This document shows positions 1-9,029 of a DNA stretch of 64,000 nucleotides, piece after piece. This DNA is from a virus. The stretch spans positions 64,001 to 128,000 of IMG/VR virus record IMGVR_UViG_3300042691_047309. The stretch is one strand, 5' to 3'. The notes beneath the pieces are model-generated. The model did not search any database, was not told where the DNA came from, and was given only the letters and a program-made list of their open reading frames with translations. Within the stretch, counting starts at the first letter, position 1, and each line of letters starts with the position of its first letter. Position numbers and translations under genes: made by a program.

Positions 1-1304
1 GTGGTGGTGGAACTCATGACGTATCTGTTCTTGAAATCGGTGATGGCGTATTTGAAGTAAAATCTACCGATGGTGATACTCACTTAGGTGGTGACGACTT
101 TGATAACGCAATTATCGAGTGGATGGTTAATGAATTTAAATCAGATAATTCAATTGACCTATCTAAAGACCCTATGGCTCTCCAGAGATTGAAAGAAGCA
201 GCTGAGAAAGCAAAGATTGAATTATCTTCTACTTCTCAGTCTGAAATCAATCTACCTTACATTACTGCAAGAGATAACATGCCACTTCACTTTGTTAAGT
301 CTTTAACAAAATCTCAGTTTGACCAAATGACCGCATCTTTGGTTGATAGAGCTGTGAAGTGTGCAAAAAGTGCCCTTAAAAATGCTGGTCTTAAACCATC
401 TGACATTGATGAAGTAATCTTAGTCGGTGGTTCAACAAGAATTCCAGCAGTTCAGGAGGCAGTAGAAAAGTTCATTGGTAAGAAACCAAACAAATCAGTT
501 AATCCTGATGAAGTAGTTGCTTTAGGAGCCGCTATTCAAGGAGCTGTTTTAAGTGGTGGAATTACTGATGTTCTTCTTTTAGATGTAACTCCTCTTTCAC
601 TTGGTATTGAAACAATGGGTTCAGTTATGACTAAGTTAATCGAAGCTAATACAACAATTCCGACCCGTAAGTCAGAAACGTTCTCAACAGCTTCTGATAA
701 TCAACCGTCTGTTGAAATTCACGTTTTACAAGGTGAAAGACCGATGGCTCGTGATAACCGCTCACTTGGTCGTTTTCACTTAGATGGAATCATGCCAGCT
801 CCGAGAGGTATCCCTCAAGTTGAAGTAACATTAGACATTGATGCCAACGGTATACTTTCAGTTTCAGCTAAAGATAAAGCTACTGGTAAAGAAAATCAGA
901 TTCGTATTGAAGGTGGTTCTCAATTATCTAAAGAAGAAATTGAAAGAATGAAAGCAGAGGCTGAAGCAAATGCTGAGGCTGATGCTAAAGAAAGAGAAAT
1001 GGTTGATAAGCTAAATGCAGCAGACTCAATGATTTTCCAAACGGAAAAACAAATTAAAGAGTTTGATGAGAAATTATCAGCTGAAGATAAGACAACTTTA
1101 AATGAGAAGTTGGCTAACTTGAAATCAGCTCATTCTGAGAAGAACTTAGAAAAGATTGACGAATCTACAGCTAGTTTAAACGAAGCTTGGTCTCAAATTT
1201 CTACTAAGTTATATCAGCAGTCACAGGAAGCCCCAACCAATTCAGATAACAATTCTGATCCTAGCGATGAAGTTCAGGATGCGGATTTTGAAGAAGTTCC
1301 TTAA
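1..1304 (+). CDS. dnaK: Hsp70 chaperone DnaK, 5'-truncated by the window edge
   Basis: Frame open from nt 3 ([34 protein letters not shown]); motifs [36 protein letters not shown]; bacterial-type C-terminus DADFEEV. Confidence 0.98.
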   Translation, partial: GGGTHDVSVLEIGDGVFEVKSTDGDTHLGGDDFDNAIIEWMVNEFKSDNSIDLSKDPMALQRLKEAAEKAKIELSSTSQSEINLPYITARDNMPLHFVKSLTKSQFDQMTASLVDRAVKCAKSALKNAGLKPSDIDEVILVGGSTRIPAVQEAVEKFIGKKPNKSVNPDEVVALGAAIQGAVLSGGITDVLLLDVTPLSLGIETMGSVMTKLIEANTTIPTRKSETFSTASDNQPSVEIHVLQGERPMARDNRSLGRFHLDGIMPAPRGIPQVEVTLDIDANGILSVSAKDKATGKENQIRIEGGSQLSKEEIERMKAEAEANAEADAKEREMVDKLNAADSMIFQTEKQIKEFDEKLSAEDKTTLNEKLANLKSAHSEKNLEKIDESTASLNEAWSQISTKLYQQSQEAPTNSDNNSDPSDEVQDADFEEVP

Positions 1305-1309
1305 AAATT

Positions 1310-1337
1310 AAAAGGGTCTCAATTGAGACCCTTTTTT
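1310..1337. terminator. Bidirectional intrinsic terminator
   Basis: AAAAGGGTCTC-AATT-GAGACCCTTTT inverted repeat with A/T tails between convergent genes. Confidence 0.85.
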
Positions 1338-2170
1338 ATTTCATCAATTATTTGATAATTTTTATCAATTATAAATGTGAATTCATATCCTTCATTTAAA
1401 CAAGTTTTCATTTTTACTAAATTTAAATCAATATATCTTTCATAATAGTATTTTGACTTTATCTCACAAATTAAATTATAATAAGGTAGGTAAAAGTCTG
1501 AGTGATACGTTCTATTTTTATTTTTATGATTATATTTTATAGATGGTCCATTTTCTATTAAAATATTATTTCTTTCACAATAAAGTATAAAATCTAACTC
1601 ATAACTACCTCGGTAGTAAAGATTATTGTGTTTTTTTAATTTATACCCAGATGTTTGTTGTTTATTGAAAAATTCTGACTTATGTTGAGAGTTTTCAACC
1701 CCATATTTGGAAATCATAGTTTCTTTTGCTTTACTTCTATTATTGTAACTCGCACTTCCATACTTTAGATATTTTGTATTTTTAACTTTTGATTGTGATA
1801 TTTTTGATATGTTATCAATTCCATATTTAGACTCTAACGTCGATATCCTTTTTAATTTAACATCTTCTAAAGATAAAGTGTGTTCGGTTCCATATTTTGA
1901 TAGATTTAATTTTTTTACTTTCTCATATGAACAATTTGAACAATAATAATTGCCATCAAAACTGATACACCTATTATAAATATAATATTTTAGATTTTTC
2001 TCATTAAAACAAATATCACATATAACCGAAACAACACTATGAGATCCTTTTGCTAAATCTTCTATTTTGACTTCAATTATTTCATTAACTTTACAATCAT
2101 ATCCCAAGTCTCTATATCTTTCAATATGATTACCTATCATTTTGACTTTAACACTTTTTGTTGTAATCAT
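1319..2170 (-). CDS. Free-standing homing-endonuclease-like protein (Zn-binding N-terminus, KYG repeats, TnsA-like PD-(D/E)XK C-terminus)
   Basis: CDIC...CSNC; four KYG helical repeats; C-terminal YRGSYE...YHSDFYLP...ICEIKS nuclease pattern. Confidence 0.7.
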   Translation of the reverse strand: MITTKSVKVKMIGNHIERYRDLGYDCKVNEIIEVKIEDLAKGSHSVVSVICDICFNEKNLKYYIYNRCISFDGNYYCSNCSYEKVKKLNLSKYGTEHTLSLEDVKLKRISTLESKYGIDNISKISQSKVKNTKYLKYGSASYNNRSKAKETMISKYGVENSQHKSEFFNKQQTSGYKLKKHNNLYYRGSYELDFILYCERNNILIENGPSIKYNHKNKNRTYHSDFYLPYYNLICEIKSKYYYERYIDLNLVKMKTCLNEGYEFTFIIDKNYQIIDEIKKGLN

Positions 2171-2215
2171 AAACTTATTATAATTTTTACTATATATATT
2201 AAAAATAAAATACCT

Positions 2216-2242
2216 ATTTTAGACATTTTAGACATTTTAGAC
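2216..2242 (+). repeat. Three perfect 9-bp direct repeats (ATTTTAGAC) abutting the RHH gene start; probable operator
   Basis: ATTTTAGAC at 2216, 2225 and 2234, followed directly by ATG at 2243. Confidence 0.8.
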
Positions 2243-2389
2243 ATGAAGAAAAGAACAACAAGAACATATACAATTGATGATGAAATCTATAAAGATTTTG
2301 AAAAAATTATCAAAGAAAAATCACTAAACAGATCTCGATTGATAGAGTCTCTTATAATAAAATTCATAAAAGAGAATGATGTTAAGTAA
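2243..2389 (+). CDS. Small ribbon-helix-helix (CopG/Arc-like) DNA-binding protein, 48 aa
   Basis: MKKRTTRTYTIDDEIYKDFEKIIKEKSLNRSRLIESLIIKFI: alternating strand, helix, NRS turn, helix; start moved from track position 2126 to the ATG at 2243. Confidence 0.75.
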   Translation: MKKRTTRTYTIDDEIYKDFEKIIKEKSLNRSRLIESLIIKFIKENDVK

Positions 2390-2400
2390 TATCTACTTTT

Positions 2401-2485
2401 AGGTCGTAAGTCAGGAAAAGGAACGGAGACGAGTATGATTAAGTTGCATATAGTGAAAGATAGCCTGATGTTTTGACCCCGTTCA
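2401..2485 (+). ncRNA. Candidate structured (pseudoknotted) RNA, family not recognised
   Basis: GC-richer intergenic segment with compatible pairings GGTCG/TGACC, GTCAGG/CCTGAT, TATG/CATA and crossing GAACGG/CCGTTC, followed by a terminator. Confidence 0.3.
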
Positions 2486-2504
2486 AGTTAAGGATATGAA
2501 AAAC

Positions 2505-2533
2505 AAAAAACCCAGTCTAAGACTGGGTTTTTT
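2505..2533. terminator. Bidirectional intrinsic terminator
   Basis: AAAAAACCCAGTC-TAA-GACTGGGTTTTTT. Confidence 0.9.
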
Positions 2534-2745
2534 TATTTTATTGAATCTAAAAATTTATCATAGTCAAATTTTATATCTTCTCTTTTAAATTGAGAAATCA
2601 TATCTTTTGCTATTTCCATTCTATTTTCTTTATCTTTTACTTTTTTAAGTATATCTATAATACCAGAAACCATTTGGTAGTCATTACCTTTTAACTCTGA
2701 TTTTATTTCCTTTTTTGATTCTGTTATGTTACTAAATTTTCTCAT
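2533..2745 (-). CDS. Hypothetical protein with capsid-targeting-like leader (MRKFSNITES)
   Basis: ORF track; start placed at the ATG just after the upstream stop (alternative start 2766). Confidence 0.65.
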   Translation of the reverse strand: MRKFSNITESKKEIKSELKGNDYQMVSGIIDILKKVKDKENRMEIAKDMISQFKREDIKFDYDKFLDSIK

Positions 2746-2755
2746 TCTAATTATT

Positions 2756-3238
2756 TTATTGTTCATCCATTCCTCTTGGAAATTCATCCGGGTCTTCTAC
2801 TTCCATATTTCTATCGTAAGGATTATCATCATTGTCCTGAATAGTATCATTGTGTTGAATATGACAAGAAATCTGAAATTGACTTTGATCATTAAAGTTG
2901 AATTCAATCTCATAACCAACTGTGTATTCCATACTATTCAAAGTTTCTTTAGCCGATTGTAAGGCATCTAAAACCTTACTTATATCTACTTTCATAGGTT
3001 CTAAATTAGAGACACCATAAGCATAATCATTTTCAATATAGTCATATTTACTATTAGCGGTTTTCTTTAAATCAATAAAATACTTAGCGCCTTTATCTTT
3101 ACTAGCTCGGTATCCATCAATAAATGTAAGTGTGAAATCCATATCAATTAAATCAATAAAAATATCATTGATAGTTTTCTCATCAATATATTCATTACTT
3201 TCTTTAATGAATTCTTGGTATGTCTTTTTTATCTTCAT
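2756..3238 (-). CDS. Hypothetical acidic protein with T4 CTS-like leader (MKIKKTYQEFIKES)
   Basis: N-terminus nearly matches the T4 internal-protein capsid targeting sequence MKTYQEFIAE. Confidence 0.75.
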   Translation of the reverse strand: MKIKKTYQEFIKESNEYIDEKTINDIFIDLIDMDFTLTFIDGYRASKDKGAKYFIDLKKTANSKYDYIENDYAYGVSNLEPMKVDISKVLDALQSAKETLNSMEYTVGYEIEFNFNDQSQFQISCHIQHNDTIQDNDDNPYDRNMEVEDPDEFPRGMDEQ

Positions 3239-3240
3239 AA

Positions 3241-4482
3241 TTAATAATCACTATACCATTCACCTTCAGTTGAGCGAAGGACTCTCATAGAACCGTCTTC
3301 ATCATCCTGTGTGTTTCTTAATTCATTAGAACCTGTATAACAAAAACACATAGTATCAACATAAGGATAATATTCACAATCAGAGTTATCGACTTTTACA
3401 ATAATTTCAGGCCTTGAAATAAGTGTCCCGTTTGTAATGTTTTCTCTTGGTGACATGGATTGAGAGTCTTTATAAAACCAACCATTCTTTTGAGCAAATT
3501 GTTTAAATAAATCTACATCAGAATCATAAGTAGTATAGATTCTATCCATAAACATTTCTTTTTGTCCATTTATTTCAGCATCCCAAAGAATAGCTCTACC
3601 TTTAATTTTAGTTGATGTGTATTTTTCCTCTTGAACTTGTCCATTATCATCATAAAGTATTACAAGAGATACTTGTTTGTTTGAAGTGTATATCTCAAAA
3701 TAATCTGAATCAACTTCAGCCATACAAGAGTTGTTAAGTGTTCCACCACCATCAACATATTTTCCATAGTCATACCAATAGGCAATAGTACTGCCTTTAA
3801 CAATATCAAATTGTTTTAAAACGTCTGCAGCGAAATCATATGTTGCTTTCCATTGATTGGTGAATTCTTCAACATCTCTGTCTGTTACAGTAACTCCAGC
3901 GGATCTGAGCAATGGTCTTACAAGTCTTCCGATTCTAATTGGGTTACGAGATGTTTTCCAAATTCCTGAATCATCAAAATCTGCTAATGTTAGGCAATCT
4001 TTATTTAAAACAGCATGTCTTTTTTCATCTTCATCGGTAAGTTCTTCAAAAAGAACAAAAACTTTTCCAGAAGTTGGACTAACAACTTCTGATTTAATTA
4101 ATCCTTTTTGTCCATCATTAGGTGTCCAGTATTCTTTAGACTTATCATATCCTAAAGCTTCGAATAATTTATCATTTGAATCACTATGTGTTAATTGACG
4201 ACGAGTTCCAACTTTATAAACTTCTGGTCTCCCAGCTGTTAATTCTTGTACTTTTCTATCAGGTGTAAAAGAAACTTCTTCTTTATTATCAGTAATATCA
4301 ATATAATTGTGTTGAATATTAAAATCTTTTGAGTAGATATTTAACAAATCAGAGGCTATTTTATTTGTTCTCATTCTATTTAGAAGATTCAAAAACTTTT
4401 TTGAAAAAATAACTTTGGATTCTAAAAGTAACTCTTCTATCTTACTTTCAGTTAAAAAATCGGAATATTTAAAAACTTTCAT
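3241..4482 (-). CDS. Conserved-looking phage protein of unknown function with CTS-like leader (MKVFKYSDFLTES)
   Basis: SCM...GRAILW...FMDRIY...YPYVDT motif set; start reassigned to the ATG at 4482, just downstream of TTAATATATA. Confidence 0.75.
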   Translation of the reverse strand: MKVFKYSDFLTESKIEELLLESKVIFSKKFLNLLNRMRTNKIASDLLNIYSKDFNIQHNYIDITDNKEEVSFTPDRKVQELTAGRPEVYKVGTRRQLTHSDSNDKLFEALGYDKSKEYWTPNDGQKGLIKSEVVSPTSGKVFVLFEELTDEDEKRHAVLNKDCLTLADFDDSGIWKTSRNPIRIGRLVRPLLRSAGVTVTDRDVEEFTNQWKATYDFAADVLKQFDIVKGSTIAYWYDYGKYVDGGGTLNNSCMAEVDSDYFEIYTSNKQVSLVILYDDNGQVQEEKYTSTKIKGRAILWDAEINGQKEMFMDRIYTTYDSDVDLFKQFAQKNGWFYKDSQSMSPRENITNGTLISRPEIIVKVDNSDCEYYPYVDTMCFCYTGSNELRNTQDDEDGSMRVLRSTEGEWYSDY

Positions 4483-4487
4483 ACTTA

Positions 4488-4497
4488 TATATATTAA
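4488..4497 (-). promoter_or_regulatory. Putative phage late promoter TTAATATATA (representative copy)
   Basis: Same motif or a close variant at 2193, 6901, 11787, 20832, 24972, 25750, 40942, 52979, 59573 (minus) and 52993, 59598 (plus), usually 4-8 nt before an ATG. Confidence 0.7.
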
Positions 4498-4557
4498 TTT
4501 TAAAAAATTCAAATGTTATTTTTTTAATCATAAAAAAATAAAAATATATACTTAGTT

Positions 4558-4821
4558 ATGGATGTGATATTCAATAAAGTATTAAAGAATAAGATTATTA
4601 AATTGATTAAAATCTATTCAATTGATGTGGATGAATTAGTAATTGATTTTCCTTTATCTATTGGATTCTATCATACAATAGAATACGACAAAATCACAAA
4701 TGAAATAATACTACATATGTTTGATTTTGACTTTGATTATCCATATCTTTTTGAGGATTTGTCCGAAGACGATAAATTAAGAGTCTATCAAATTTTAAAG
4801 GGAATTGAGCATCTGGATTAA
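4558..4821 (+). CDS. Hypothetical protein
   Basis: 87-aa ORF preceded by an AATATATA motif. Confidence 0.6.
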   Translation: MDVIFNKVLKNKIIKLIKIYSIDVDELVIDFPLSIGFYHTIEYDKITNEIILHMFDFDFDYPYLFEDLSEDDKLRVYQILKGIEHLD

Positions 4822-5796
4822 CTCTACTTGTGGAAAAAGGTCAAATTTATCTTTTCTCACTTGTGTGTGTGTTCTTAGACCACCTAAACTAAACCACTTA
4901 TCATCATACTCAAACCAATCTTCATTGTAGATTCCCTTTTCTATTTCTATGTTCCATCTGTCTTTCAAATAAAGAATTAGATTTCTTGTTGAGTTTAGTT
5001 GTAAATCTGTATATCTTTCCCAATATTTATATCCCCTAAAAGGATTCGATAACTCAACCACATCTGAATCATTAATTGGTTTATTAACATAGTTATAAAA
5101 TCTGCCGTCTTTTCCTTGAGTGAGTTGTCCGTAATTACAAATTTCTATTGAAATTGACTTCGAGTTAAGTTCTTGTGACTTTTTTGTTATTCCTAAGTGA
5201 TATGCCCAATTTCTATCATCTATAGCTCTTAACACTTTACCATCCCATATTGTTTCAAATGTGGATGATGATTTTCTACCAATAACAAAATGAGTTCCGA
5301 CTTTTAAAGGCTTAGGAGTTCCATTAGTATCTAATGTAGGATTTCCATCAGAGTCTTTTTGAAAGTCCTTTTCCCAGGAACCAATAGTCCAGTCTGGTCT
5401 TGATCCACCAGCAGTGTGATGTAACCATATTGTATTTTTTTGAGTCTCTGATTCGTAGTATTCTTCTTTAGATAAAAGATTGTCAAATATTCTTAACCCA
5501 CCTTCTCCAATGTAGAAAACATTTTGAGGAATTTCAACTACGTTACTTACCGGAATTGGATCCATATTTCTTGGTTTCCCGTCATATGCCATTAGTTGGT
5601 ACCAAGTTTGTGATCCAACGACTCCATCTGCTTTTATTCCAATTTTTCTTTGAAAAGTAGTAACCGCAACAAGAGTGTTTTGACCAAAATGTCCATCGAT
5701 TTTCTCTTTTAGAAATCCAAATTCCTTCAGTTTAATTTGTAACTGTCTAACGTCATCACCTGACATCTTTAAAGTTATAACTCTTTTTAGTTTCAT
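4795..5796 (-). CDS. Endolysin-like N-acetylmuramoyl-L-alanine amidase with N-terminal peptidoglycan-binding domain
   Basis: PG_binding_1 pattern (GDDVRQLQ..L...DGHFG..T..AV..FQ...DGVVG..TW); Amidase_2 motifs WLHHTAG, AYHLG, SISIEICN, THTQVRKDKFD. Confidence 0.9.
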   Translation of the reverse strand: MKLKRVITLKMSGDDVRQLQIKLKEFGFLKEKIDGHFGQNTLVAVTTFQRKIGIKADGVVGSQTWYQLMAYDGKPRNMDPIPVSNVVEIPQNVFYIGEGGLRIFDNLLSKEEYYESETQKNTIWLHHTAGGSRPDWTIGSWEKDFQKDSDGNPTLDTNGTPKPLKVGTHFVIGRKSSSTFETIWDGKVLRAIDDRNWAYHLGITKKSQELNSKSISIEICNYGQLTQGKDGRFYNYVNKPINDSDVVELSNPFRGYKYWERYTDLQLNSTRNLILYLKDRWNIEIEKGIYNEDWFEYDDKWFSLGGLRTHTQVRKDKFDLFPQVELIQMLNSL

Positions 5797-6311
5797 TGGT
5801 TCTCTAAATTTTTATATCTAAGTTGATTTTTTTGTTCCATATAAGCTTTTAAGTCTTCATATGTTACATTACCTGGATTTGCAAACAATTTTTGAGGATC
5901 AGCTGGTTTTTTATCTTCAATTTTCTTTAATTCATCATTCCTTTTCTTTTCATCATAAGCTTCTTCTGCTTGTTTCAAAAGATGACCAATATAGAATTCT
6001 ATTCCCTTTTCTTTAACTAAATCTCTGTCAAAAGTATTTATAAATTCTTCAAAGGTTTCACCAACATAGACACCAAAGTTATCATCTCTTACAAAATGGT
6101 CAATATAAAACTTTATATCACCGATTGATCCTTGTGCATAAATTGTTGTTTTATATTGAGAAGTGTAATAATATGAAAATCTATCTTTTTCATTTAGCAT
6201 CCTTTGACCATTCTTTTCAACTGTTGATACTAATCCTAAACTATGTCTGTAATGCCTACATTTTTTGAATTCATTACAGATTGAAGTGCTACAAACTATA
6301 TTTACTGACAT
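5793..6311 (-). CDS. Hypothetical protein; possible remote similarity to a gp23/gp24 capsid-protein segment
   Basis: NIVCS...GSIGDIKFYIDHF..DD.FGVYVG resembles the T4 gp23 NFIIAS...G.LGG.YRVYID.Y...DY.TVG segment (by eye). Confidence 0.6.
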   Translation of the reverse strand: MSVNIVCSTSICNEFKKCRHYRHSLGLVSTVEKNGQRMLNEKDRFSYYYTSQYKTTIYAQGSIGDIKFYIDHFVRDDNFGVYVGETFEEFINTFDRDLVKEKGIEFYIGHLLKQAEEAYDEKKRNDELKKIEDKKPADPQKLFANPGNVTYEDLKAYMEQKNQLRYKNLENQ

Positions 6312-6344
6312 AAAACTATTTATTAAAAATCGCAGTCTCTGTTT

Positions 6345-6896
6345 CTATTCTGTTTCAATTTCAAATTCTTCTTCATCTGAACCAAACTCTTCATCTAGTT
6401 CTAATTTTAAATCAATAATAAATTCTTCGTCTAGTTTTTTAACTTCGACATTTTTAGAAATTTGACCAATAATATCAAAAGAGTTAATATCATATTTTTT
6501 GAATTTAACATAACATTTCTTTATATCGGAAATCTTAAAATCTTTTGTCGCGTCTTTAGGAAGAGCTTCTTTCAAATCGATCATAATAATTAAGGCATAT
6601 GTTGCTAACTCATCAGAAAATTTAACAGTAAGAGAATCATATAATTTAGAATATTTAGACAATTCATTACTCTCTAATCTTAATCCTAAGTCTTTAAAAC
6701 TCATTTTGGATTTGTCCTTAAAGTCTCTTTTTGCTTGTTGAGGTGTTTTTTCTTCTGTGGAATTTTCATCCGGAACCTCATAGTCAAACATCCTATCTAC
6801 ATCTCTTTTTAACTTTGTAAGAGCCATTGCGACATAATTTTCTGGAGTATCGTTTAACTCTTCGTTAATAAATTGAAAAAATTTTCTAATCTTCAT
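6345..6896 (-). CDS. Hypothetical protein with CTS-like leader (MKIRKFFQFINEE) and acidic tail
   Basis: ORF track; start moved to the ATG at 6896, 4 nt from TAATATATA. Confidence 0.75.
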   Translation of the reverse strand: MKIRKFFQFINEELNDTPENYVAMALTKLKRDVDRMFDYEVPDENSTEEKTPQQAKRDFKDKSKMSFKDLGLRLESNELSKYSKLYDSLTVKFSDELATYALIIMIDLKEALPKDATKDFKISDIKKCYVKFKKYDINSFDIIGQISKNVEVKKLDEEFIIDLKLELDEEFGSDEEEFEIETE

Positions 6897-6987
6897 AAAG
6901 TATATATTATTTTTCAATTTCCGTTATTTGGAAAATAGAATAAACAATATATAATTTGATAAGTATAATAAAAAAAAAGAAATTCAA

Positions 6988-8910
6988 ATGAGTCTATTAA
7001 ACACAATCAAAAAAGATTTCGTTCAAACTGAAAAAGATTTATCAATAAAGGATTATTTAGAACTTTGTAAAAATGATAAATCAATTTACACTTCACCTGC
7101 TGAAAGAATGCTTCAAGCAATTGGAGAGCCTGAAGTCATTGATACTAAATTCGACGAGAGATTAAGTCGTATTTATTCTAACCGAGTTATTAAAAGATAT
7201 CCAGCCTTTGCTGAGTTTTTTGGAATGGAAGATACAATCGAACAAATAGTATCTTTCTTCAAACACGCTGCACAGGGATTAGAAGAAAAGAAACAAATTA
7301 TTTATCTACTCGGTCCAGTTGGTGGTGGTAAATCATCTTTAGCAGAAAGGTTAAAACAATTAATGGAAAAAAGCTATATCTATGTTCTTATAGCTGACGG
7401 AGAGGTTTCTCCTGTTTGGGAAAATCCACTTGGACTTTTTTCAAATTATAGAACTGAACTAGAAGATGAATATGGTATTCATAGAAGATACGTTCCTTCT
7501 TGTCCTTCTCCTTGGGCTACAAAAAGATTAGCTGAATTTGAAGGTGACATTTCTAAGTTCAAAGTTCGTAGATTGAAATGTTCTATCTCATCACAAATAG
7601 GTATTTCTAAAGTAGAACCAGGAGATGAGAACAATCAGGATATCTCAGCGCTTGTTGGAAAAGTTGATATTAGAAAACTGGCTGAGTTTCCACAAAATGA
7701 CGCAGATGCTTACTCTTACTCAGGTTCTCTTTGTAAATCTAATCAAGGACTTATGGAATTTGTTGAGATGTTTAAAGCTCCGATTAAATTACTTCACCCA
7801 TTATTAACAGCTACTCAAGAAGGTAACTTTAATGGAACTGAAAACTTACCAGCTATTCCATTCCAGGGTATTCTTTTAGCTCACTCTAATGAGTCTGAGT
7901 GGGAAACCTTCTCTAATGATAAAAAGAATGAAGCTTTCTTAGACCGTGTTTATATTGTAAGAGTTCCTTACTGTTTGAGAATCGACGAAGAAGTAGAAAT
8001 TTATCAAAAACTTCTTAAAGGTTCTTCTCTTTCTCAAGCACCTTGCGCTCCTAAAACATTGGAAATGCTCGCTCAGTTTTGTGTAATGACAAGACTTAAA
8101 AGACCAGAAAATTCACTTATGTATTCTAAAATGAGAATTTATAATGGTGAGAACTTAAAAGAGTCTGATCCAAAGGCTAAATCATTACAGGAATATAAAG
8201 ACGATGCCGGAATTACTGAAGGAATGAACGGAATCTCTACCCGTTTTGCTTTTAAAGTTCTTTCTAAAGTATTCAACCATGATTCAGAAGAAGTTGCGGC
8301 AAATCCAGTTCATCTTTTCTATGTTTTAGAACAGGAAATCGTTAAAGCTCAAATGAATAAAGAAGTTGAAGAGTATTACTTAAATATTCTTAAATCAACA
8401 ATGACTAACAAATATGCTGAGTTCATCGGTGATGAAATTCAAAAAGCTTACGTTGATTCTTATCAAGAATATGGTCAAAACTTATTTGAGAGATATATTA
8501 CTTATGCTGATCATTGGTGTCAAGATAATGATTATAGAGATCCTGAAACTGGTCAGCAATTTGATAGAGGTGCTCTTAACGAAGAGTTAGAAAAAATTGA
8601 AAAGCCGGCTGGTATTGCAAATCCAAAAGATTTCAGAAATGATATAGTTCAATTTTATCTAAGACACAAAGCTAAGAATAGTAAATCTCCATCATGGGAT
8701 TCTTATGAGAAAATTAAGAATGTTATTGAAAAAAGAATATTCTCTAAAACTGAAGATCTTATACCAGTCATATCATTCACTGGTAAAACTTCTAAAGACG
8801 AAGAGAAGAAACATTCTGAATTTGTCAATAGAATGAAAGATAGAGGATATACTAATAAACAAATAAAACTTTTGACAGACTGGTACCTCAGAATTAGGAA
8901 ATCATCTTAA
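6988..8910 (+). CDS. prkA: PrkA/YeaG family AAA+ ATPase / serine protein kinase
   Basis: 640 aa; FFGMEDTIEQIVSFFKHAAQGLEEKKQIIYLLGPVGGGKSSLAE Walker A; EPGDENNQDIS; EFVEMFKAPIK; AHSNESEW. Confidence 0.97.
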   Translation: MSLLNTIKKDFVQTEKDLSIKDYLELCKNDKSIYTSPAERMLQAIGEPEVIDTKFDERLSRIYSNRVIKRYPAFAEFFGMEDTIEQIVSFFKHAAQGLEEKKQIIYLLGPVGGGKSSLAERLKQLMEKSYIYVLIADGEVSPVWENPLGLFSNYRTELEDEYGIHRRYVPSCPSPWATKRLAEFEGDISKFKVRRLKCSISSQIGISKVEPGDENNQDISALVGKVDIRKLAEFPQNDADAYSYSGSLCKSNQGLMEFVEMFKAPIKLLHPLLTATQEGNFNGTENLPAIPFQGILLAHSNESEWETFSNDKKNEAFLDRVYIVRVPYCLRIDEEVEIYQKLLKGSSLSQAPCAPKTLEMLAQFCVMTRLKRPENSLMYSKMRIYNGENLKESDPKAKSLQEYKDDAGITEGMNGISTRFAFKVLSKVFNHDSEEVAANPVHLFYVLEQEIVKAQMNKEVEEYYLNILKSTMTNKYAEFIGDEIQKAYVDSYQEYGQNLFERYITYADHWCQDNDYRDPETGQQFDRGALNEELEKIEKPAGIANPKDFRNDIVQFYLRHKAKNSKSPSWDSYEKIKNVIEKRIFSKTEDLIPVISFTGKTSKDEEKKHSEFVNRMKDRGYTNKQIKLLTDWYLRIRKSS

Positions 8911-9029
8911 TGAGACCTGTTAAAGACTTATTTACAAAAGAATACTATCGTATTAATCGTATTAAAAGGGTAGTTGTGCGCAAACTAAAAATAGAAAGAA
9001 TATTCAATGTCAATAAACATAGTAGATAG
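8910..9029 (+). CDS. 39-aa basic micro-protein carrying the RxxKIxxIF tail (not in the ORF track)
   Basis: ATG overlaps the prkA stop (TAATG); MRPVKDLFTKEYYRINRIKRVVVRKLKIERIFNVNKHSR. Confidence 0.6.
   Translation: MRPVKDLFTKEYYRINRIKRVVVRKLKIERIFNVNKHSR

Noticed and set aside
2126-2242. N-terminal extension of the RHH ORF containing ILDILDILD
   Set aside because: The peptide repeat is just the translation of the 9-bp DNA repeat, and the extension overlaps the divergent gene; the ATG at 2243 gives a typical RHH size.
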